Shown one piece after another: positions 52,321 to 63,727 of a stretch of 64,000 nt of DNA. Position 1 is the stretch's first letter; every line of letters begins with the position of its first letter. A program made the position numbers and the translations under genes. This DNA is from Botryllus schlosseri (lineage: Eukaryota): NCBI GenBank assembly GCA_051294905.1, contig CM119383.1, positions 8,494,001 through 8,558,000 of the forward strand, given 5' to 3'. The notes under the pieces were generated by a model. That model had not been told where the DNA came from, ran no database searches, and saw only the letters and a program-made list of their open reading frames with translations.

Positions 52321-54380
52321 ATGGTAGAAGCCTGGGATTCTTTTCAACGCCTGACAGTCTCAAGCCGCTACAGGAAATCATTAGTAGCACTGTCTGTAAG
52401 TGATATCACGTCTGATTGTAGTGACCGCTCATTAGGAGTGCTGTGCAGTAACCACATCAGTGTTTTTGATGGTTATGATTGCAAAGTACCATTCGTAGTG
52501 GTAGCTCTATGGCGCCATGACGTGCCATAGAGCTACCACTACACCATTCAGCAGCTATATGTCTCCTGTAGCCTGTTATCTAAAGTCTGCAAGAAGTACC
52601 ATATGGCGTGCCTTGGTCATGATGCTGGGTAATCATGTCGACACGTTTTCACCAACTATAGTTTGAGTAAAAGGATTGACTATATACATACAATGTTTCA
52701 AATATGGCTAATTCGAATTCTTCATAATTTGTACGGAATGTATTGCTGACACGGAGTTTTCGTAGCAAAACATATAGCTCATGGTCATGTCCTACAAACT
52801 GATAGCAATAATTCATAATGATGTCATGCGCCACGACGACATATTTTAACTTCTGCAATTACTGGAGATTGTCAAACTTTTACCAATTCTTGTGTCCCGT
52901 TTTTTGTTTAATCTGTATCACCCCTGTTACAGGTGATTGAAATTCTGCTGTCGATAAGCAGCATAGGACTCTCAATTCCTACATTATATTTTACGCGTCA
53001 AACGTACATTGATTGCTACAATTCTTTGACGTCTGGATCTGCGACTACGTGTAATTTGTACTCCAGGCTCTACACATATTCTCTCACAAGTCAGGGAATA
53101 TGGGTGGCCAAGCTGGTAAGCCATACTTTTTTGTTACGCAGAACAGCGTTCTCTACAACATATATTTTCTATGGCAATTTTACAAATTGTGCTGTGCACC
53201 TTTGGGCAGTGGGCACGGTGTTTGCGTATCAACAAAACTCTTTAAATAGCTTGAAATTTTCGAATTTTCATCCAAATTAAGTCAAGGATAGACATAGATC
53301 TGATGTAGCAAGTAGGCCTTCAAGGCAGAGGGGTCGACAGTCAAATAGGATTAAACAGAACTGAATGTGTTACCCTATAATCTACCTAAGCTATAGTTAT
53401 AGAGGAATAGTTTTCAAAGACTTGAGCATTATGAGGAAGTCCTTCTGTAACCTTTTTAAAAGTGATAAGATGTATAACATTTCAAATAATGAATTAAAGC
53501 TGTAGGCGCAGTACAGCAACCTCGCCAAGTCCCCATCATCTGGTTTTAGCATGTGTTTTTAATTCACGTACCTGTGTCTCTAGAATAGGGGTTCTTAACC
53601 AGGGGTCAGTGGACCCCTTGAGAGTACGAATATGCACCAAATAAGAAGTAGGAGGTACAGTGTGGAATTAGGCCTATACGCTAAATGGACAAGGGGTAGG
53701 AAAAATAATATTGAAAGCTCACGGGTACGAGATCTAACAAGGTTAAGAAACACTACTCTAAGATGACTTCTCAGTCGAGGGGCTACCGCAACATATGATT
53801 TATAATCTTTACTATTTTTAATTAGACTTGAATAGGCCAATTATGAGAATAATTTTATATTTTAAATTCAGACGTTAATTTCCGCCGCAGTAACAATAGA
53901 TTTCACAAAGGTCACTAGCTGGAAAACTGTAAGTATATAGGCAATGTGATTTGTGGCATAAAATGCAGTCTATAACCATTCATAATATTCAGTGGACCTA
54001 CATGAATGGATTTTCAATTATTGCAAATATGGTCACCGGAGCAATGATTGCGTTTGAAGCGCTTGCTGTTTCGGAATATATCGCCGGTGGATACGCGAAC
54101 CGTAGCTCCTACGACGTGAGACTTCTAGTCAAAATCGGCGACGGTAGATATATTTACTAACGTTCGACAATATTATTTATCTCATCTTTCAGTACGTAAT
54201 ATGGTGTTTGCATTGTGCATTGCTGGCTGTTGCCTGCGCATTTTGGTTAGTATCAACAATAAAACGTACAATCATATCGAAAGTCAAGTCATGGGGGAAA
54301 ATGGAGGTAAGTACATAAATGATGGTACACCGTTACTTTTGCACAAAGCTTATAATTTTATACTTGTTTAGATCGCCTAG
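52321..54380 (+). CDS. MS4A/CD20-like four-transmembrane protein, paralogue B
   Basis: Exons 52321-52395, 52933-53115, 53872-53928, 53993-54115, 54193-54306 and a last exon from 54372 (ATC GCC TAG) or from 54381 if the TAG is used as acceptor. The first five exon lengths are identical to paralogue A and the proteins are highly similar. Confidence 0.8.
53586..53755. mobile_element. Short hAT-type MITE in intron 2 of paralogue B
   Basis: TIRs TAGGGGTTCTTAACC / GGTTAAGAAACACTA; flanks CTCTAGAA/CTCTAAAG. Confidence 0.6.
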
Positions 54381-54544
54381 GAGGAGGATGTTCAACCGAC
54401 AGAATACAACGTTCCAAGACAGCACGATTACGAAACCACGTATAGCACCTATATATGTATAGGCCTATCAGCTATCATATATGAATATGTAAATATTTCG
54501 AATAAATAGCTTGAAAATTGATGAATGAATCTGTGAACCTAATT

Positions 54545-55160
54545 CAGGGGTGGCCAACCCGTGGCCTGCGGGTCACGTATGCTGGGGCGCGAGAAGGTTA
54601 TTTTCAGTGGCCCGCAAGGTAATTATCGAAATGAGTTACAATAAAAACAAATACCCAGGAAATTTATTGAGAACTTGCGAGGGCTGCTTGCAAGGGTTGT
54701 TGATGACTATTCCGACGCATCGGCGTCACCAGGGTCAGCCACATATTCGTAGATTTTCGTATGTGATCATAGTAGAATATTTCGTGGCAGATTTATTTGA
54801 CCTGATCTTTCTCTTGCAATTTATTGTCAGTCGATTCTTGCTTGTAGTATTGGTACTACTTCCTGAAAATTAAAAATACGCCTAATTTACAGATTTGAGT
54901 CTGACTATATTCGCAATGATTGCAACCATTGCAATTATTCGCAACCATTGCACAAAATGATTCACGCATATTCGCCGAAATCTTCGATATTGATATGTCT
55001 GAGCGCCGAATAATCATGTCCTTGCCAAATGAGCCCAGCGGTATACAGAGGCGACCCGCAGTATATGCAAGTGACATTATTATTGACTTTATCATCATTG
55101 TTTTCGAAATTATCGTGGTATGGCGCCCTCTACCCCATATTATAAGGCCCGTAGTTTAGT
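54545..55160. mobile_element. hAT-type MITE, uninterrupted relative of the 30484-35231 host
   Basis: Left end CAGGGGTGGCCAACCC; interior colinear with both halves of the split element. Right end degraded, boundary approximate. Confidence 0.7.
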
Positions 55161-58100
55161 CGAAGAGCAATACGGAGAAGTTGTATCGGACACAGTGTAA
55201 ACACTTTGCGCGATTAGTAAACGTTGATATAAAAATACGGTGGATCGTAAAAATGTCACATTGAGTAGCTTTATTTCCGGAAACTAAAGGCATTACTACA
55301 CTTGCTTTTACACTTCAACATGTATGTTCTCCAGACTAAGGAACTGAAACTAATTAGAACTGAAAGTATGATACTGTCAATTGAAAGAGAAATATATGTA
55401 CTACTTCTAGAAGCAGAACATGTATTTCATGTATTCAGTCCAGAAAGTTTCAGAGATGGCATGATAAAACAGGTATAAAGCTAAAAAAAAAGTCATGGTT
55501 CACTTTTCCAGATTAGGACACGCCATGGACTACTAGATTACGATATGATAAGTAAATGCTAGATTGCGAGACATCAGTTTCAAACATTAAGATGCATATA
55601 CTGCGATGAAATATTTCATATGGGTGACAGGGATATAGCCTATATATAGAAGAGAAGTTCTAGATATCCCTGGGGTGGCAATGCGGTGTGAACGGAGCCA
55701 CACAACCCGCTACCTAAATATATTCACATATACTACCGTAAAATCATATTGGTCACTCCATATCCACTGTGCGCGAACCGCGACGAAAATTCTGGACTTT
55801 ACTCAACTTTTATGAAAGTTAAATGTTGAATCTCCGCGAAAACAGCCCGGAATTCCTCAGGCTATCTTTCTGATTGGATTAAACTACTTCTACTGGACGA
55901 ACTGAAAATAGCGAAAAGTAAGTAAGTAGATCACAAAATATTACGAGGTAGAGCAGGAAATTAGATCTACTTGATTAAGTACCCAAATAGGGGAAAACTA
56001 CTTGATTACTTCAAAAAAGCACTGACCACCTCTGGGTTTAACCAGTCTCCAGCATTACTTCCAGTTATATATTATATTATCGAAATTATTTTCGTTGCTG
56101 TTAAGCCGTAGGTTGTCATGACCGGGGGACAAAGCCTCCATTTATCCTTTCCATTTCCGACTTACATTTGTGACTCGCGATACGTACCAGTACGTTCCGC
56201 GAGAGTCGGATGAAAAGCTGTATATTTTCTACATATCATTCGATAATAAATATGAATATATTTTTGAGATTATGACATAGGCAATATAACTAAACTTTCA
56301 CTAATTTTACAATATTCCATATAGCTCTGTGGCCTACCAGTGGGCAATGGTCCACTGTTTGAGAACTCCTGGTCTATAAGAAGATGCCATGGATATGGAA
56401 GAAATAAATAAAAGTATCAGCAGGACGATTTCCGACAGAATGATGGGTCTAAGACTGAATTCGAAAGCTTATTTTGACATATGTGGCACTCTTTCACGAT
56501 ACGTTAAAGTCCAATAGAATGCCTAGGGGGGTCACGCTTTCATCTTTTCCTCCGATTTCAATAGTGATATTGTTGCGAGAATTACTGGCGAGTAACCAAG
56601 ATCTTTGGCATTGACTCAAAGGTGTTTTGAGCCGCCCACGCATATGTAGGCCTACTCTAGGTAGTTGTTCGCGGGGTATACGGCTTTCAAATTTTCAGAA
56701 TCGGATACGAGTGGGTGATAAGGTAAGCATCGTCTGCAGATGCAGATGAGAAATCAAAGATTATCATACGGGATTTTCAAGCCTATCTCCCAATTGAATA
56801 TCGTAGAAATTTGGTACGACTATTTTCTAGTAATATTCTTTTGTATAATAGGGATGAATAGTCCACCACAGAATCGTGTTTTCTTCAATTGAGGATCCGA
56901 GGCAACGACAACGTCAGTAAATGTACAGAACTTTGTGCAGCCTCATGCAAGAGTCAAAGAAAAAATGCGCATTACCAACTAACTACACTCATACTCGTTT
57001 GGTGTAGTCTATTTGCAGCATTAGGCTACATATTGTATGCCAAGGCCAAGATTGGTTGGCCCGCTGTGTCGTACCACAGGCCTACAATTTACGAATGCCC
57101 AGAGGCTATCACTGCATGGTAATTCTCGGCTTCTCTTATTCGGAGTAGGATATGTCTACTTTGACTACTTACACATGGGTCACGTCTTTCGACTGCTTCC
57201 CCCTAGGATCTATATATTGCGCACGGCGTATTGCGCTACGGTTAACAAAACTTTTCTTGGTAGCCTAATATAAAAATCTCAAAGAAAGTGGGTCTGGGTA
57301 TTTCAGCAGTCGAACCGGAAAGATGACCTTTTTTTAGTCAACCAACTACGAACTCGGAGTAAATTTACCACTTTTTCAGGATTTTACACCGGTATTGTAA
57401 TTATAAAAATTTTGAAAAAGTGTCCTCTCTATTTCCAAAATATGGTAACCGGTTTTCCGAGCACCTACCACCTCGGAAAAATGACCTTTTTCAGTAAATT
57501 CACCATAGTGATAACTGATCAGACTTAGGTGAATAATTTTCCCGATTATGTGTCTTCTTTTTCGGATCCGTAAATATGGGGGGGTTTGAGTCGAGGTGGA
57601 TAAGGGGGTGATTAGTCGAAAAAGGTTGGGAACCACTGGCCTAGGCGATGTAAAGAGGATGCATACACACTGAATGAAAAGTAAAAGAAGACAATAAAAG
57701 GATAGGTGACAAAAAAGGTGACATATGTGTCGGAAGGCGAGATCAATATGTCAGCTCGTGGTCCGGTAAACTAGCAGGCTAATAAAGAAGATATTCGGTG
57801 TCCTAAACATAAAAGATAATGCGGATACGGAAACTAGAAATCGCAAAGTTTATGTATCAGTTCCACTGCGGTCATTGCTCTGAGTATTTCAATGACTTAT
57901 TGACCTCGGGATCAAAAGCGCACAAGTACGAGACACGCGCGTCCACGTCGTCCAAATATCATATGATCGACTGAAAAGATCATCGCTCTATCAGATATAC
58001 CGGACCTGACGCGTGGAACAGTATCCCGCCGGCCATCCGACAGTCGACAGCCGACGAGCATGTCCAGTCTATCATCCAGTCAAAATACAACCAATTTTTA

Positions 58101-58172
58101 CTACATGAATATTAGTCCGCCCTCGAGATTACAGGACCACGACCTGACCTATCGATCTCTGTCAAAAATAAC

Positions 58173-58543
58173 CAGTGTTGGGATGACTCGAGTCATGACT
58201 TGACTCGAGTCAGACTCGAGTCACTTTTTCGTATGACTTGACTTGACTCGAGTCACTTTGCAAAAATGACTTGACTTGACTTGACTCGGCGCTTCAAAAA
58301 TGCGGATTGACTCGTGACTCGGATCAAAATTTACAAGTCAATTTCAAGTCATCAAGTAAACGGTATCAATCAAATCAGTGTATTTTGGACATATGTTCGT
58401 ATTGTTCGCGATACGCCTATGTGCCGCTTGTGAGAGTATCCAGTCATTCACTGAATGTACGTTTGAATGATCCTCAATTATTGCATCACAAATATATTGA
58501 CCACAACGAAATGATCACAGGTTACGTTGTTGTTGTTGTAGTT

Positions 58544-58598
<55 letters not shown>

Positions 58599-59159
58599 AA
58601 GAATAATAATAATACAATAGCAATTAACATCTACGCTTCTTGGACGGCTCACTGCTAACATTGCGCAGTGATCACCTTTACCAACCCTCTTGTATGATTC
58701 AAATCCATATCAATTTGTTTCAACGTCTCGAGGCTTCGTATTCGATCCTAATGGCTGACATAATAACAGACTGTAGCATAGCTATACAGTTAGTCGCGTA
58801 TATTATTTGCGGTTCTACGTCTGCGTGATAGACGCCTTCTTGCATGCATATTCAACTTTATAAAGTATGTGTATGCATACATTAGTTATTTGATGCAAGA
58901 TAAATGGCAAATTATACTGTCTTTCACTCAGCTAGCAAAATGTAATTACTTCGAAAATTCAATTTGACTTGAATTATGACTTGACTCGTGACTCGACTTG
59001 ACTTGACTTGACTTGACTCGAGTCACATTCAAAAAACGAGTGACTTGACTTGACTCGAGTCACTTTCGAAAATCGATTGACTTGACTTGACTCGAGTCAA
59101 AATGTGCAATGACTCGAGATGACTCGTGACTCGAAGGTACTGACTTGATCCCAACACTG
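58173..59159. mobile_element. hAT-type element with GACTT/GACTCGAGTC subterminal arrays
   Basis: TIRs CAGTGTTGGGA / TCCCAACACTG; perfect TSD AAAATAAC (58165-58172, 59160-59167). Confidence 0.92.
58522..58612. repeat. (GTT)n(GTA)n(AAT)n compound microsatellite
   Basis: Directly visible; it produces the poly-Val ORF in the track. Confidence 0.95.
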
Positions 59160-59845
59160 AAAATAACCCATAATTTTGTCGTATTCACGTGATAATTTTG
59201 GACCCCCTGTGTTCTTCCAGGACCCAAGACTCTGCTACGAAGCTAGCACACTACTCGTTGCTCCTGAGCTGAGCCATCGTTTCTCCCTGGCGTGATTATT
59301 CCATTACAGTGCTACATATCCTCGCAATGCAAAATCTGAGGCTGATCTATCTGGGGTACAGGCCTAGAATAGTAGAAAATTCATGTTTTCGTAACCATAG
59401 TAGCTTTGGATTGATACCTGTTTTGTCAAATATCTCGCTCGGGAAGTCAGCAGCCTAAAGATTTCTATTTCTATTGCCTTTGCTCAAATGGAGAAAATGT
59501 TTTTGACCAAGCGCAGTGACTCGTGCGATTTGCTGTTGTCTGCAGTCTGCACCAGATAAAGGAAACAATGATTATAATGGTCCACTTTCCCCGCCGAGCG
59601 CCAAATGCGAGCTCTCCGCCGTCTCTGTGTTTATGTAATGTACCACAGTGATTTAGGTGAGGCGAAGTGCAGCAATTTTGCAATATGAATAAGAAAGCAT
59701 ATACTGGTACGGCGCCTATATTGTATTGTATAATGTATTATATGTATATACAACATATCATGGCAGAACTTCATCCACTTACCGGTATTTTATTATCGCT
59801 TTACAGCTTATTGCTTATAGTGTTTTGACACTGTCGTGTGTCAGG

Positions 59846-62464
59846 ATGGACGATTCTGCACAGAAACCATGCGTGCTGGAAGTAGCGATGGAAGAGTTTT
59901 ATGACGACGTGGAAGTTCAATCAATTATGCACGAAATCGAAGATGAAAATGATCCACCCGAAGAGTTATCCAAAATAGTTCATGTTACTGTTGCAATGGA
60001 AGAAGACGAAATCCTAGAATCTGACATGTTTTATGATTCGGATGGGCAGAATGTGAAGACCAAAAAAAGAGCAAAGCGCAAAAATCTTAAATCTGTACTA
60101 TCAACGCGAAAGCAATCAGACCACCCACCTCTTGCTAAATTTCGGAACAAGGAGAACATACTCGAAATGCTTTTACAGTCGATCTCTAAAACTGAAAAAG
60201 TTGTTGACGGTCTTGCCGGGGACAGAACATTTTTGCTGCAAAACAGTCACCGTAGAAGAGGGAAACGAGCTTTTCGGATTGACGATTACAAGCGTTGGAA
60301 TAACTCGTCGGTTAAAAGACGATATTTTACGCATGTCGACGGGGGATACAGGCCCGTGAAACTCATCCAAGGTGAATATTATAGCTCTGAGGCAAATCCA
60401 GAAACCGACTCCGATGGGAAACTACTCATTCAGCCTGAAGATCACAACGTTATTACTGTCACCATGTATTACGCATCACTGCCGCCGACTTGTCTCAAGC
60501 GCCGTATTTCCCTACTTGAGAAATATCCTGCAGAATTAACACCAGTTCAGGAAGATCTAATTATTGTCGAATACGCGGGATCTATGGATACTCAGCCAGA
60601 GAAGACTCCCAAGTCGGAACCGATCACGGGTAGCCAAGATGAAGACAATGATTCGCTTGACGATTTGGAGACAACAGCAGGCATTGAAAAATTCTATTCC
60701 GATAGCGAAAAATCTTGGATTGATAACAACGGAAATTTTCTGGAAAGAAATGAATTGATCGATCGCCTGCTTCATTCCCGCGCATCATTTGAGGAGATTC
60801 CTCTCGGAAAAAAAGAAAACGCTTGCTATATAGTGAATAATATCGAGAACCACGAAAGGGAGATTCAGGGAAAAGTGAGAAGCTATGTGGATGATTGCGG
60901 AGTGTGGAAACACGTGTCTGTGAAAAAATGTTGGTTCGTAAAAGTCAAAGGGAGATACGAAAATGTGAAGTTTGTAAACGGAAAGTATCAGATTATGAAT
61001 AGTCAAATACGGGCTACTGTTCGTCAACCTAAAGAGCGTGACATACTTGCCATGCTGAACGTATACGGCCGATTAAAACGCGATGAAAATTTCCGCCGAC
61101 GAATCAGTTGGATCGACACCTTCCCGCGTGGCGTAACACCTTTTCAAAAGCATATCGCAATTTTCGAGTATGTTGGAAACTATCCTGGGGCAAATACGAT
61201 ACCACATGGTAACACCAAGAAGTCAGATGCTTGCCCATATGTCCGCACACCGGGCCGTTACATGAAGACTATGAAAGAGCGTTTAGCATTCAAAACAGTG
61301 AAACAAGTCATTGATGAAGACCCATCAATTAGTATGTCTCCGAGAGAACTTAAAAAACTTCAAAATTTGCGGTACCGTAGCGCTTTGCGCATCGGCCCAC
61401 ATTCCGCAAAAAGTAAGGACCACACAAATATGATGCAAGAGCTACTTTCTTTAGTTCAAACTAATCCATTCGTGCAACAAGCCACGTATATCAAAAGGAA
61501 AGCTCCCTTTGTGATAGGATACACAAAAGAGCACACAAGCGCCTGGAGATATATTTGTTCGGAAAAATCGGGCCTTCAAAACGTCATGGGCATTGACTGT
61601 ACCATCAGTGTTGGACCGGTGCACCTTACTGTCATGACGTACCCACATCCCAACTTGCAATGCCGGGCCAACAATAGCAGCGCTATCATGATGGGTCCTG
61701 TTATGGCTCATGTTGATAAATCATGGTACGCGTACACCGCATTCTTCAGCCACATAAAAGAACAGCTTGAATTTCATGGTTCAAGGTCATTTGATGGCAT
61801 AACATTAGCGCTTGGCCCGAAGGAGGATGTGCTTTTGCTTGATGCCCTGAAATCCTGCTTTCCATCATCAAAATTGGGACATTGTATTGAACACATGGAG
61901 ACAGACCTTCGTAAATTTTTAGCTTCCGATATCGGCATGACTGATGGCGCGGTCAATCAGATCACAAAGGAAATATTTGAAGGTCTCATGTCATGCTGTC
62001 ATGAGTATGATTTTGACATGAAGCTCATCAACATGCAAACATCCTATGAAATTGTGAGTCCTAAACTAGGCAAATTCTTTGAAAAACTAGGGGAAGACAT
62101 CAAGACCAATTATTGGTTGCCATCATTGGATGGCATGCCATTGATCAAATGGTCCAACAGTTCATGCCCAGCACTCGAAAGTTTGAAAAACCATCTTGGT
62201 TCTGAATCTGCATCCCTAGTCAACATAATATTGAAAGTACAGCATGTTGCTGATGAACAATTAAACCATGAAATGCAAGCCATTGTTGACAAGGGTCCAT
62301 ACGAGCTAGCACCTCATGCGAAGAGGTTCCTGCACACTGAGGAAGATTGGCTTAAAAAATCGGCAAAAGACAAAAGTAAGACAGTCGATAATTTTCGGAG
62401 AGTAAGAACGGGCATGACTAAGGTGTTGACAGTAGATTCATCTAAAGATGACACTTTGGATTAG
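59846..62464 (+). CDS. Mutator/MULE-like transposase-derived protein (872 aa), candidate domesticated gene
   Basis: Uninterrupted 2619-nt ORF from the ATG at 59846, just after a CAG acceptor. C-terminal half has the motif order PHGN...PYVRT, GIDCT-x-S-x-GP..LTVMTY, MGPVMAH, LALGPKED..L.DAL..CFP, CIEH (CxxH), WSNSSC, KGPYEL, typical of MULE-related transposases. No TIRs or TSD seen around it. Confidence 0.8.
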   Translation: MDDSAQKPCVLEVAMEEFYDDVEVQSIMHEIEDENDPPEELSKIVHVTVAMEEDEILESDMFYDSDGQNVKTKKRAKRKNLKSVLSTRKQSDHPPLAKFRNKENILEMLLQSISKTEKVVDGLAGDRTFLLQNSHRRRGKRAFRIDDYKRWNNSSVKRRYFTHVDGGYRPVKLIQGEYYSSEANPETDSDGKLLIQPEDHNVITVTMYYASLPPTCLKRRISLLEKYPAELTPVQEDLIIVEYAGSMDTQPEKTPKSEPITGSQDEDNDSLDDLETTAGIEKFYSDSEKSWIDNNGNFLERNELIDRLLHSRASFEEIPLGKKENACYIVNNIENHEREIQGKVRSYVDDCGVWKHVSVKKCWFVKVKGRYENVKFVNGKYQIMNSQIRATVRQPKERDILAMLNVYGRLKRDENFRRRISWIDTFPRGVTPFQKHIAIFEYVGNYPGANTIPHGNTKKSDACPYVRTPGRYMKTMKERLAFKTVKQVIDEDPSISMSPRELKKLQNLRYRSALRIGPHSAKSKDHTNMMQELLSLVQTNPFVQQATYIKRKAPFVIGYTKEHTSAWRYICSEKSGLQNVMGIDCTISVGPVHLTVMTYPHPNLQCRANNSSAIMMGPVMAHVDKSWYAYTAFFSHIKEQLEFHGSRSFDGITLALGPKEDVLLLDALKSCFPSSKLGHCIEHMETDLRKFLASDIGMTDGAVNQITKEIFEGLMSCCHEYDFDMKLINMQTSYEIVSPKLGKFFEKLGEDIKTNYWLPSLDGMPLIKWSNSSCPALESLKNHLGSESASLVNIILKVQHVADEQLNHEMQAIVDKGPYELAPHAKRFLHTEEDWLKKSAKDKSKTVDNFRRVRTGMTKVLTVDSSKDDTLD

Positions 62465-62846
62465 TGTGCATGTATTTGTGACTTTGCTCCATTGTGCCGC
62501 AGTTATCGCACGTTCCTTATTAAAATACACTGACATTTAAAATTGCGTACTACTTTTCATGGTACTGACTACTTGATACTTTTTAGCATGAGTGCATATG
62601 GTATCATATTGAGGAAAGGCTTCTGCTGAATATTCACTACAGCTGCACATTGACATGAGACTTTTTATGGTCATCGTATGAATCTCATCAAATGGACATA
62701 GGATCCGCGATCGCTTAATTTGCTGGCAATCATTATAATCGTGTGCCCAGTTTTGCAAGAAATATTGTGTCAATGGAGGTTGTCTTATTGTGCAAAGACG
62801 AGCTCTCTCAGGATAATGAAATGGCTCGATTAAAATTGTGCGAAAC

Positions 62847-63187
62847 CAGGGTTGTAATGGAAGAAGACCAGACTTGGGTCAATATGTGTATTGACTCAAC
62901 TTGTACTCGAGTCAATTCTACAGAACTGGTTTCAAGTCTCGTGGACCCACACTTCAAAAATAGACACAGAAAATATTTGTTTCAATAATCGTGCCAAGAC
63001 TAAGTATATTATGTATGCGAGGCCTTCGACATCATCCAAAAGTTTCACAGAAGTGAGTTGAATCTGACTAGAACTCACTCTACAATGACTTGGACTCGGC
63101 CCAATGCTCCCTGACTTGACTCGGTGGTGAACTGGAAATGACTTGCATCCAAACCATGAAAGTCAAATTGACTTGGTTACAACCCCG
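62847..63187. mobile_element. hAT-type MITE with GACTT/GACTC repeats
   Basis: TIRs CAGGGTTGTAA / TTACAACCCCG; flanks TGCGAAAC/TGTAAAAC; related fragments at about 12100-12300. Confidence 0.65.
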
Positions 63188-63727
63188 TGTAAAACCTTTA
63201 GTCATCCTTGAAGTAAATCTAAATGCTTCTTATTAAAAGCATTCCCAACTTCAGGGTTGCCAAGCAGCGCAAACATACTCTCACTCTGTACTAAATATCT
63301 CAAACTACTCGTATGCTGACTATTGTGGCAGAAACCTTCCAACCAGTTAACTTCAATAAAGTCATATATATCAACATAATGAGCACATTACAGTTTATTA
63401 TCAGGAGTGTAGTGTAGAGGACAGATAGTCGAACGAAAATATAATTCATACAGGAAGTTTAAAATAGACAACATATTATTGCACCACAAAGCAAATTACA
63501 AGAACGACCACCAAGATAATACTACCAGAGATTATCTTGCCATAAACACAAAAATATCACTCAGTTCAATACAGCTGGAACAGAACAATGTAATCTTGGG
63601 TGATGTTTTAGCAGGAGTATAGAGCTATCCTGAAAATCAAAACTGGCGATGTCATGCGCAGAAAACGAATTTAACAATTTCATGAAAAATATGAAATGAT
63701 TATTCTAGCAATTCAGACGTGACAGGC

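Noticed and set aside
53586-56371. Possible Pack-type element capturing exons 3-6 of paralogue B
   Set aside because: The 53586 element closes at 53755 with its own TIR and TSD-like flank, so the 56371 end belongs to another element.
56889-57273. Hydrophobic short ORFs that could be a third tetraspan paralogue
   Set aside because: No alignment to either paralogue's exons and no matching splice structure.
58307-58606. Poly-valine ORF
   Set aside because: Translation of the (GTT)/(GTA) microsatellite inside a hAT element.
59726-59845. 40-codon N-terminal extension of the long ORF from the TTG in the track
   Set aside because: Looks intronic (AT-rich, ends in a CAG acceptor just before the ATG at 59846).
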